From a virus: a stretch of 64,000 nt of DNA. How positions within the stretch are numbered: the first letter of the stretch is position 1; the number at the start of each line of letters is the position of its first letter. Below are positions 9,773 through 17,907 of this stretch, piece by piece. A model generated the notes under the pieces. That model saw only the letters and a program-made list of their open reading frames with translations. It searched no databases and was not told the DNA's origin. The position numbers were made by a program, and so were the translations under genes. Location: the IMG/VR virus record IMGVR_UViG_3300032893_000032, positions 7,715-71,714 of that record; one strand, 5' to 3'.

Positions 9773-10600
9773 TTACTTCGTCTCACCCTCTAAAAATTTT
9801 ACATCGATCGTTGGCACAGGGGAAGCGGGGACAGGGGCTGGAGACTGTCCGCTGTCGCCAGGCGTCTGGAATGTCACGTTGACTATCGGAACTAGGAAGT
9901 TTGCCGCTCCCCCTCCCGGAATCTTGTCGTCCCCCCACAGCTTGAAATGTCTCCCAAGGAGTTCCGCCGCCTTCTGGCTATCCTTAAGTTCCAGCGTGGT
10001 CTTCCGTACCAGGAATCCCGGACGGACGACCTCCCCGGTCTCCTTATCTACCTTCGTCGGCTCCCTCTCTATCACTTCGCTCGACACCTTCTTTATCCGT
10101 CCAAACTGGTCCTTGGTGCAGTTCGCCAGATTGACGTATGGCGCACCGTTCTGGTCGAGGTCGATGTAGTTAGCCATGTTGGAGAACGCGTCCTTGTCCA
10201 GCTCCTGGAGCACCGCATCCGCCTGTCGGGCGTACTTTGCCGACTGGATGGAGAGGAGGCTGGCTATTGCCAGTTGCACCCGGTCCAGGGCCAATAAGCG
10301 GGAACTGGCTACCGCCGCCCACCGGGCCTTGTATCCTGCTTCCAGGGCCGCGTCCTTCCCCTTGAATCCGCTCGCTATCCAGGCGCGTACGAATATCTGT
10401 TCCTGTGGAAGGCAGGATTCGAGTTCGGGAGTGGAATTCTCCAGGGGGAGTTTGACAAGGCTTGACTCGCGGGGGAGGTGGCGGCGCAGGGCAGCGGTGG
10501 AGCGGGAATTGGGGATGGGACGAGTCTTCGGGCGGTGGGTGGAGGAGAATTGTCCCTTGTTCTTAGTTGGTTTCGACTTGGATTTGGACTTAGATGGCAC
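9773..10600 (-). CDS. terS: Terminase small subunit
   Basis: AALEAGY..A....SRLL, ELDKDAFSNM.NY and LELKDSQKAAELLGRH; directly upstream of terL. Confidence 0.88.
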   Translation of the reverse strand: MPSKSKSKSKPTKNKGQFSSTHRPKTRPIPNSRSTAALRRHLPRESSLVKLPLENSTPELESCLPQEQIFVRAWIASGFKGKDAALEAGYKARWAAVASSRLLALDRVQLAIASLLSIQSAKYARQADAVLQELDKDAFSNMANYIDLDQNGAPYVNLANCTKDQFGRIKKVSSEVIEREPTKVDKETGEVVRPGFLVRKTTLELKDSQKAAELLGRHFKLWGDDKIPGGGAANFLVPIVNVTFQTPGDSGQSPAPVPASPVPTIDVKFLEGETK

Positions 10601-10796
10601 GGGAATTTGAAGGAGAAGGTGGAACTAGGGTTCGCTGGGCATAGGCTACAGCCGCCTTCTCCAGCCGTATCTCACGGGTGCGGTAGATGATCGACCGGCC
10701 ACGGACGACTAACGAGTGATCGTACTCCCTGGGAAAACGGAGAAGGTTGGTAGACGGTCGACGTCTGGACTTAGGCTTAAACCAGTTCATACTCAT
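10590..10796 (-). CDS. Hypothetical protein
   Basis: Overlap-coupled to both neighbours. Confidence 0.45.
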   Translation of the reverse strand: MSMNWFKPKSRRRPSTNLLRFPREYDHSLVVRGRSIIYRTREIRLEKAAVAYAQRTLVPPSPSNSRAI

Positions 10797-11173
10797 AAGT
10801 CGGCAGCCACCAGTCTGCCTTCTAGAAATGCGTGATGCGGGTGACCGGAAGTGGTCCGCCAGGCTTCCGGATAAGCTAGGTCCAAGTTCTGGGGAGGAAG
10901 AGGGGGAAGGAGGCGGGGGATGGGGACTTTCGCCAGTCGACTGGACTTGTCCTGGAAGCGGTGGCGGATACTGGAGATAGGCTCAAGCGTATGAAGATGG
11001 ATGAGGAACTTGGAGACTCGGGTGGCGGCGAACTGGAGACGTTCGACACCGTTCACCGACCACCCCTGGGAAATTCTCTCGGCGCAGAGGGCGGCGGCGG
11101 TGGAAGCGGAAAAGTAGTGGGAAGGGGGGTCGATCCGGGGATCGTGGTGAGGAAGGATAGCGCCTATTCGCAT
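10793..11173 (-). CDS. Hypothetical protein, first gene of the leftward operon
   Basis: 126-aa ORF downstream of the minus-strand promoter. Confidence 0.5.
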   Translation of the reverse strand: MRIGAILPHHDPRIDPPSHYFSASTAAALCAERISQGWSVNGVERLQFAATRVSKFLIHLHTLEPISSIRHRFQDKSSRLAKVPIPRLLPPLPPQNLDLAYPEAWRTTSGHPHHAFLEGRLVAADL

Positions 11174-11312
11174 CTCGAAAGTAACCTAGCTAGGGATCGC
11201 CCTTGTGTTTCGAATTCCCCAAGGGGAAGGGGAAACCGAACTCTTGCACCGGACGGAGGAGACTCACGCCAAGGAGTTAGTTGTTTGGGTGCGGAGACTG
11301 CTTCCAGCTACG

Positions 11313-11342
11313 AAGGTACCACGTGGGGGGAGGGGGTGTCAA
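11313..11342 (-). promoter_or_regulatory. Leftward promoter (packaging operon)
   Basis: TTGACA-18 bp-(TGG)TACCTT in the divergent intergenic region. Confidence 0.5.
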
Positions 11343-11453
11343 TAGATCGGGCGGGGAAGGGGTAGGAGAAAGTCTCCTTGTCAATACGGGGAAGGCTGTA
11401 TCCTGACGTTTGGAGATTTACCCAGGAGAAGCGGAAGAAGGGGGAGGAAGGTA

Positions 11454-11483
11454 TTGACCGGAGACGTTCGCCTGGGGTATACT
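11454..11483 (+). promoter_or_regulatory. Rightward promoter for the XRE gene
   Basis: TTGACC-18 bp-TATACT. Confidence 0.55.
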
Positions 11484-11511
11484 TGACCGTAAGGTAGGCC
11501 GACGAGGGGTC

Positions 11512-11904
11512 ATGAGCAGCCCGAACGTCAATCCCGAGACGAAATCCGCTAGGAAATCGGAACGGGACTATCCGGGGATGGTGAGGAAGGGGAAGGCAGC
11601 ACGGGGCTTGCCTACACCTCTTTCCCTTGCGTCCCCGGACCGCCCTCTACACAGGCGAATTTCCCACCCACCGAGACGGAACCCCAGGCTCCACAAGCTG
11701 GCTCCCGGACTTACACTAGGGGAACTGGCGAGGAGACTGGGTGTGAACACGGAGTACGTCTCCCGGATTTTCAACCGGAAGCGGCAGCCCAGCGCCGAAC
11801 TCGCGATGCGCATGGCGAATACCTTAGGCATTAGCTTTGAGGAATTCACTAGAGTGGTGGTAGGTAGATTCCGCCCGCACCGATCCCGGTCCAAGTCCCT
11901 GTAA
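11512..11904 (+). CDS. XRE-family HTH regulator
   Basis: GLTLGELARRLGVNTEYVSRIFNRKRQPS...MANTLG. Confidence 0.88.
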   Translation: MSSPNVNPETKSARKSERDYPGMVRKGKAARGLPTPLSLASPDRPLHRRISHPPRRNPRLHKLAPGLTLGELARRLGVNTEYVSRIFNRKRQPSAELAMRMANTLGISFEEFTRVVVGRFRPHRSRSKSL

Positions 11905-11962
11905 CATCCCTTGTAACATTACCATCGGAATGTGAGACACATTCTTGTCACATTCAGGATAC

Positions 11963-11991
11963 TTGCCCGACTGTAGGGGATGTGGTAGAAT
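11963..11991 (+). promoter_or_regulatory. sigma70-like promoter
   Basis: tacTTGCCC-17 bp-(TGG)TAGAAT, followed by GGAGG and ATG 12016. Confidence 0.6.
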
Positions 11992-12015
11992 TGGGGTAGA
12001 TGGAGGTACTGCCGA

Positions 12016-12468
12016 ATGACCAATCCGATTCGAAATGCTGTCGTCCCCCTCACCCCTCGCGACCTCGTCCGCTGCAAGCGCTGCGGCTGCCCCGACCTCG
12101 CCTGGGTCCAGTTCAAGTCCGGCAAGTGGGCGCCGGTTCAGACCGCCTGCCGCCGCCCGCTGTGGCGCGGCCAGGGTCCGGCCCCCGAGGGATTGTTCGC
12201 CCTGAAGTTCAACTACCACCGCTGCGAGGAGTACCGGGCGCTGCAGGCCGAGATCGAACGGCGCAACAGCCAGTGCCATCCCAAGGCCGACCGGCCAGCC
12301 GAGATCGTGGCGGACGCCGCCGGATACTTGATCCGGCAAATGTACGCCAACGGGGCGGCGGAAGCCACCACCCGGATAACAAACGAGAACGATCCATTGA
12401 CCGCCGCCATCCACTTGCTGGCCAAGAAGGCGGCGGAAGTGCCCAATTTGAATGGAGTGAAGCTATGA
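12016..12468 (+). CDS. Zn-binding phage protein
   Basis: CKRCGCPDLAWVQFKSGKWAPV...HRC motif; strong RBS. Confidence 0.7.
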   Translation: MTNPIRNAVVPLTPRDLVRCKRCGCPDLAWVQFKSGKWAPVQTACRRPLWRGQGPAPEGLFALKFNYHRCEEYRALQAEIERRNSQCHPKADRPAEIVADAAGYLIRQMYANGAAEATTRITNENDPLTAAIHLLAKKAAEVPNLNGVKL

Positions 12469-12896
12469 ACCAGTCCAAGGTCGAATCCCAGCTGGTTGCC
12501 GAATACTCCGGCCTCACGGATCTCCAGATCTGTATCATGGAAAGTCTCAAGACGGATGGTCCGGGGTGCACCGCCGACTTGCAGTTTCGCCTGTCGATAG
12601 AGCTTGCTGGTCAGGGTGTGCCGCAGCCCCGGAGATGGACAAAAAAGGAGGTGCAGCACGCGGTAGACGGTCTGGTGGATCTGAGGAAAGTCGGCTGGCT
12701 GAGGGGGGAGGGGAAGTGGACGGCGCAACTGGACCTTCCCCTGTCGACCGTCGTCCTCGCCAGCCGCCGGGAGATTCCGACGTTCGACTCCTGCGAGATC
12801 TGCGGGGACGGGGACCCAGGGAAGGTGCAAACGGTGCTGGACTACCTGACGGCTGCGGTACGCCGGGGGGAGATAAAGCTGGAGCGGGAACGGTAA
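12465..12896 (+). CDS. Hypothetical protein, possible winged-helix plus CxxC
   Basis: ATGA-coupled start MNQSKVES; wHTH-like pattern. Confidence 0.55.
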   Translation: MNQSKVESQLVAEYSGLTDLQICIMESLKTDGPGCTADLQFRLSIELAGQGVPQPRRWTKKEVQHAVDGLVDLRKVGWLRGEGKWTAQLDLPLSTVVLASRREIPTFDSCEICGDGDPGKVQTVLDYLTAAVRRGEIKLERER

Positions 12897-12910
12897 CCAG
12901 CTGGGGATAC

Positions 12911-12939
12911 TTGACAAACGGTTCGGGTGATGGTAGAAT
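12911..12939 (+). promoter_or_regulatory. Strong sigma70 promoter
   Basis: tacTTGACA-17 bp-(TGG)TAGAAT. Confidence 0.8.
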
Positions 12940-12977
12940 CGTAGACAGTTGTACAGGTCCCAAGGAGGGACCGAGAA

Positions 12978-14630
12978 ATGGTGAACATCCGCCCACAATC
13001 CTTCTCCTCCACCCCCGATTCCAACCCCGAACAGGAACATACGCAGACGGAGGCGGCAGTCGGCAGCCGCCAGTGGTCCCCCTTTCAGCAGGCCATCTTC
13101 GACTTCGTGGAGAAGGGGAAAGGGTCAGCCACCGTCGTAGCAGTCGCAGGTAGCGGAAAGACGACAACGATAGTGGAAGCGGCCAAGCGCCTGCCTCAAG
13201 GGATTTCCGCTTCGTTCGTCGCCTTCAACAAGTCCATCGCTGACGAGTTAAAGCAGCGTCTACCCGGTCACGTCCGGGCGCAGACTATGAACAGCCTAGG
13301 ATTCGGAGCGTGGCGCAGGCATCTTGGCGGGGACGCCACCGGGTTGCGGCTGGATGCGAACAAGACCCGGGAACTGTGCCGGACCGAGATCCCGGACCAG
13401 TTCTACGGACTGCTGAGCAAGGGAATGCCCCGGCTCATCGGGGTGGCGAAAGCCTGCGGGATAGTTCCCATGGATCTGGATGGAGCCGGGGAGTACGACG
13501 GTCTGATCCCGGATTCGGACGACGTTTGGTCGGACATTGTTGAGAGATATGGGATAGACATGGAGGCGGACGTCGACAAGCCATCGGAGGCTGAGCTTAT
13601 CGCCCGGTACGCCCGCAAGATCCTGACCCAGTCGATAGCCGTCTCCCGCCACCTGATAGACTTCGACGACCAGTTGTACATGCCCGTCATTACTGGGGCA
13701 AGGTTCTGGCAGAACGACATCCTGTTCGTCGACGAGGCCCAGGACCTGAATATGGTGCAGCGGGTGATCGTGAGAAGAGCGCTGAAGGGAAACGGAAGGT
13801 TGATAGCGGTGGGAGACCCGAACCAGGCCATCTACATGTTCCGTGGAGCGGGGCACAACTCGATGGATGAGCTGAAGGAAGCTTTCAACTGTCAGGAGCT
13901 GCCGCTGACTATTTCCTACCGGTGTCCGAAACTGGTGGTCGCCGAAGCTCAGAGGTTCGTCACTCATATCCGGAGCCACGAGCAGGCGAAGGATGGAGTG
14001 GTGGAGATCCGGGCGAAGTATTCAGCGACCGATTTCCAGGGGACGGATCTAGTGATCTGTCGAAATTCGAAACCGTTGATCGAGCTTGCTTTCCGTCTCC
14101 TCCGGGACGGGGTACCGTGCAAAGTCCGGGGCCGGGACATCGGGCAGGGGCTGGTAGCACTGGTACGGCGGTTTAAGGAGGCGGATCTCGACAAGTTCCA
14201 GACGAAGCTCGACGAGTACGTGTCGAAGAAGACCTGGGACTGGCTGCAGAAGCGAAAGGAGGATCTGGCGCAGCGGCTGCAGGACCAGTACGACACCCTC
14301 CAGGTGTTCATCGAGGCTCTAGACCCCGGATCGACCACGGACCATCTGGTGCAGAGGATCGAGGGAATGTTCACGGACAACGGGGTGGGAAGCTGCCTGA
14401 TGCTCTCGACCATCCACAAGAGCAAAGGGACCGAATCAAGGCGGATCTGGATCTTGGACTGGGACCTCATGCCTTCGCGCTTCGCCCGTACGCCGGAGGC
14501 CAAGCAACAGGAAAGGAATCTTCAGTACGTCGCCCTCACGCGGTCTTTGGAGGAGTTGAGGTTCATTACCAGCAAAGGGTTTGTAGAAGGGAAGCAGAAA
14601 TCGGCTGGTAACCAATTAACCGAGTCGTAA
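12978..14630 (+). CDS. UvrD/Rep-like SF1 helicase
   Basis: AVAGSGKTT, VDEAQD, GDPNQAIY.FRGA, STIHKSKG.E and YVALTR. Confidence 0.95.
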   Translation: MVNIRPQSFSSTPDSNPEQEHTQTEAAVGSRQWSPFQQAIFDFVEKGKGSATVVAVAGSGKTTTIVEAAKRLPQGISASFVAFNKSIADELKQRLPGHVRAQTMNSLGFGAWRRHLGGDATGLRLDANKTRELCRTEIPDQFYGLLSKGMPRLIGVAKACGIVPMDLDGAGEYDGLIPDSDDVWSDIVERYGIDMEADVDKPSEAELIARYARKILTQSIAVSRHLIDFDDQLYMPVITGARFWQNDILFVDEAQDLNMVQRVIVRRALKGNGRLIAVGDPNQAIYMFRGAGHNSMDELKEAFNCQELPLTISYRCPKLVVAEAQRFVTHIRSHEQAKDGVVEIRAKYSATDFQGTDLVICRNSKPLIELAFRLLRDGVPCKVRGRDIGQGLVALVRRFKEADLDKFQTKLDEYVSKKTWDWLQKRKEDLAQRLQDQYDTLQVFIEALDPGSTTDHLVQRIEGMFTDNGVGSCLMLSTIHKSKGTESRRIWILDWDLMPSRFARTPEAKQQERNLQYVALTRSLEELRFITSKGFVEGKQKSAGNQLTES

Positions 14631-14633
14631 TAC

Positions 14634-14663
14634 TTGACAAACGGTTCGGATTTGTAGTAGAAT
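14634..14663 (+). promoter_or_regulatory. Strong sigma70 promoter
   Basis: tacTTGACA-18 bp-TAGAAT; shares TACTTGACAAACGGTTCGG with the 12911 promoter. Confidence 0.75.
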
Positions 14664-14713
14664 TGTTGTGCAATTCAGTTTGGTTTGGCAGGTACCAGAA
14701 AAGGAGGCAGTAA

Positions 14714-14941
14714 ATGGCATCACCAGCAACAGAACGAGCGAAAGTGAGAAAGGCGGCAATGGCCGCCGATCTACGCGCAATGAAGTCTTACATCGTCACC
14801 TACCCGAACGGCACCCGAACAATTGAGATAGCAGCGCGGCTCCTAGAGCAAACTTCTGTTGGCCGATTCAATGCCGCCATCCGGTCGCTGAACGCCGACG
14901 AAGGCCGATATCAGCGGAAGGAGGCGGCCCCGTGCAGCTAG
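14714..14941 (+). CDS. Hypothetical protein
   Basis: AAGGAGG RBS; 75 aa. Confidence 0.65.
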   Translation: MASPATERAKVRKAAMAADLRAMKSYIVTYPNGTRTIEIAARLLEQTSVGRFNAAIRSLNADEGRYQRKEAAPCS

Positions 14942-15981
14942 CCCCCAATCCCAGCGGATGGTCGAAAGGTCAACCGGAGTACCGTCTCGACAGTCTCCCG
15001 GTCGGCTCCCGCTTCCGTTGCTCCTTCCCCCACCGGGTGGTCACGGGAGTGGTGGCGGACCAGTTCAAGGGGTCCGTGCAAGTACGGCTGGACGGGGGGT
15101 CGAAACAGGTTACCATGACCACGGCGGACGGGGAGGCGGTAGAATTCCAGAGTAGAAAGTCGAATTATACCTATTGGGCAGGGGATTGCCCGGTGGAGTA
15201 CGTCGGAGTGGACGAAAAATTCTTAGCACAACTACAGGAGGAAAAGGACATGCCCCGAGGAATAAAGGGAAGTGGAAAGTCGAAAAATGGAAAGGCTGCG
15301 AATTCTGCCCAGCCCGCACAGGCAGAGCAAAAGACCAATGGAAACGGCAAGGCGAACGGGGAGACTACCAGTTCGATCCGGCATACGGACCCCAAGACCA
15401 AGGCTCTTCTCCTCAGGTGGCGGTTCGCCGTCCAGAGCCTAGGGGAACTGTTGAAGGTAGACGGTCCGGTGGAGAAGTCCTGTTCCGCTCGAGACAAGGT
15501 CCAGTCGATCTACGACGAAGCCGTCGGGCAGCAGGTTAAGCTCCCGGCGATCCAGACCTATCCCGATCCGGTGTTCCAGAAGATGGAGCTGGCGGAAGTC
15601 GGGCCAGAGGGGGTGGGGATGATAGAGACCCGCAACGAGAAGGAAAATTCGAATCAGGAGGTTGATGAAGATATGAAGAAGGCGAAAGCGGTAAAGAAGG
15701 GCAAGGCGAAAGCAGCCAAGCCACGTGCTGAAAAGAAGGCGAAGGTGGCCAAGAAGGCCGACAACCCCTGCGGCTGCGGCTGCGGGGCGCTGGTTGCCGG
15801 GAAGTTCAAACAGGGTCACGACTCCACCTACAAGTCCCGCGTGCTGAAGGTCGAACGGGGAGAGATGAAGCCCACGGACCCGGAAGTCCGGAAGATGCTG
15901 GGGAAGGATGGAGAGAAGATTGCGTTCCGGGAGCTGGCGAAGGGTGGATGGAGCTGCACCAACTCGCTGACGGCAAAGTAA
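14932..15981 (+). CDS. Multidomain basic protein with a Lys/Ala-rich tract and CGCGCG..F..GHD motif
   Basis: GTG start with AGGAGG; C-terminal Zn-knuckle-like motif of a kind seen in phage DNA-binding proteins. Confidence 0.65.
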   Translation: MQLAPNPSGWSKGQPEYRLDSLPVGSRFRCSFPHRVVTGVVADQFKGSVQVRLDGGSKQVTMTTADGEAVEFQSRKSNYTYWAGDCPVEYVGVDEKFLAQLQEEKDMPRGIKGSGKSKNGKAANSAQPAQAEQKTNGNGKANGETTSSIRHTDPKTKALLLRWRFAVQSLGELLKVDGPVEKSCSARDKVQSIYDEAVGQQVKLPAIQTYPDPVFQKMELAEVGPEGVGMIETRNEKENSNQEVDEDMKKAKAVKKGKAKAAKPRAEKKAKVAKKADNPCGCGCGALVAGKFKQGHDSTYKSRVLKVERGEMKPTDPEVRKMLGKDGEKIAFRELAKGGWSCTNSLTAK

Positions 15982-16141
15982 GTAGACCGTCGACGGGCGG
16001 AAGGGGCCTCGGGGCGTCCTGCTGGCGAAGGACGGCTACCGAGGCCCCAGCCGTATCCGGACGGTTGAAGGAAGGCGGCACGACGTTGCAGGACGGATAG
16101 GAGACGAGAGGCGGCTACCCGGCCCGGTGTCGGCTCAGATA

Positions 16142-16170
16142 TTGACGGGGAGGCCGGTATCTGGTATACT
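16142..16170 (+). promoter_or_regulatory. sigma70-like promoter
   Basis: TTGACG-17 bp-(TGG)TATACT. Confidence 0.7.
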
Positions 16171-16316
16171 GGGTCCGCTCATGATCCGGACGACGACGGC
16201 CCGCTACGGCACAGACGGCACGCCCCCTGATATACGAAGTGTCATCCTGCCGCAGCCTCCCGCCCGTACGCCCTGACCCACAAGCAGACTTAGTAAGAAA
16301 AAGGAGCCTTCGCCAC

Positions 16317-16907
16317 ATGGCTTTCGACCCGTCTGCGTTTGACAACAACGACTCGATGTTCGACCAGTCCGAATTCATCGTCCCCGCAAGCGATACCAAG
16401 GGGCACTCCGTCATGTACCACTTCCGCTTCCCCGCCAGCATGCAGCGGCACATGCAGCAGATCGTGACCAGCAGGAAATTTCCCTACATCACTCCCTCAG
16501 ACCTGGTCCGCCACGCCCTGATGCGGCACTTCGAATGGCTGGAGGAGATTACCAAGTCCCACCCCATGCCGAACAACTGTAGAAATTCCCTGGCGCTGAT
16601 CCGGATGGAGGCGGAATACGTCCGGTCGACCATGGAGGAGAAGGAATTCGACGACCACTTCCAGCTGGTGCAGAAAAGGGTACAGGAACTGCTGGCGAAG
16701 AAGGGTGGAAGGGCGGAAGCTCTGAGGACAATTTCCAGAGCGATATCCGCCACCCGGCAAATGCCGTCAGGGTTCTTCCGGGACCAGCACCTGGAGCGGC
16801 TGGAGGAGAACTTCGGCCACCTGCTGGATGGAGGGAAGATGGGGAAGGTGAATAGAGCAACGGACGAGGAGGAGGGGGAGGGGGCCGGAGATGGACTACC
16901 GCAGTAG
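16317..16907 (+). CDS. Putative ribbon-helix-helix DNA-binding protein
   Basis: AAGGAG RBS; YHFRFP..MQ..V..RKFPY.T.SDLVRHAL RHH-like pattern. Confidence 0.6.
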   Translation: MAFDPSAFDNNDSMFDQSEFIVPASDTKGHSVMYHFRFPASMQRHMQQIVTSRKFPYITPSDLVRHALMRHFEWLEEITKSHPMPNNCRNSLALIRMEAEYVRSTMEEKEFDDHFQLVQKRVQELLAKKGGRAEALRTISRAISATRQMPSGFFRDQHLERLEENFGHLLDGGKMGKVNRATDEEEGEGAGDGLPQ

Positions 16908-17082
16908 GGGGGACGGGGGCATGGAGAAGGCCGAGGGATACTGGGATGGGGGTGGGTACTGGGCCGCAGGCCCGTGGTCTTTTTTTTTTAGTGCTACACG
17001 GACTTTCCGATGCACACGTAGCACACACACAGGGATATACCAAAGAAGTAGCACAAGTAGCACTAAGGAATTCTAACCAAAA

Positions 17083-17907
17083 ATGAACTACATGGGTGGG
17101 AAATTTCGACAGGGGAAGAAGATCGCAGAGGTGGTGGCGAGACTGTCGGCGGGCGGGGGGAGATTGTATTACGAACCGTTCTGCGGGGCAATGGGGTCGG
17201 CTTATCAAGTACTGGACCGCTGTGGCGTGAATTTAGCCGGAAGCCGCCTATCGGATGTATCCTCTCCCTTAATAACAATGTGGACGGCGGTCTTGAACGG
17301 ATGGGAACCTCCTGACCAAGTCACCGAGGAGTTTTATGACTACGTGAAGTTGATCCAAGACCCCGACGACCCTATTACGGCTTTTGTTGGCTTCGGACTC
17401 TCCTTCGGCGGGAAGTATTTCGGAACATTCGCTCGATCCAAGCCCGGAAAGAAGCCGCACGGGCACGACGCGGGGTGCGCGAAGAGGTCGTGTAAGAGAC
17501 GCGCCTCCGTTCTATCAAAACACGGGGCGAAGGTCTATTGCTGTGACTACCGGGAAGTTATAGACTCCGGCCAGATCTTTTACCTTGATCCCCCGTACCA
17601 CCCCGGAAAAGGGAGGAATAAGTGCCACGACTTCGCCGGGGGGTTCGACACCCAGGAGTTCTTCGAGTACGCCCGGATGCTGGTGGCGCTGGGCAACCGA
17701 GTGATAGTGACGGGATTCGATGCCCCAGACGACTGGCGGGTGATCCATTCTTGGGGCGACACGGTAGTCCGCCACTACGCCGGGAAGGGGTCGGATGGGA
17801 CCTGTGAGTCGATCTACGCCCATGTGTCGCAGGTGGAGGACGGGACGTTCGACGCCTACCTGCATACGAAGGCGGAGGGAAAGGAGGCTGTCGCCCGTGC
17901 CCGTTAG
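17083..17907 (+). CDS. D12-class (Dam-like) DNA amino-methyltransferase
   Basis: NYMGGK, EPFCGAMG (SAM-binding) and YLDPPY catalytic motif. Confidence 0.9.
   Translation: MNYMGGKFRQGKKIAEVVARLSAGGGRLYYEPFCGAMGSAYQVLDRCGVNLAGSRLSDVSSPLITMWTAVLNGWEPPDQVTEEFYDYVKLIQDPDDPITAFVGFGLSFGGKYFGTFARSKPGKKPHGHDAGCAKRSCKRRASVLSKHGAKVYCCDYREVIDSGQIFYLDPPYHPGKGRNKCHDFAGGFDTQEFFEYARMLVALGNRVIVTGFDAPDDWRVIHSWGDTVVRHYAGKGSDGTCESIYAHVSQVEDGTFDAYLHTKAEGKEAVARAR

Noticed and set aside
16181-16276. 31-codon leader ORF after the 16142 promoter
   Set aside because: No distinguishing features or supporting evidence beyond being open.
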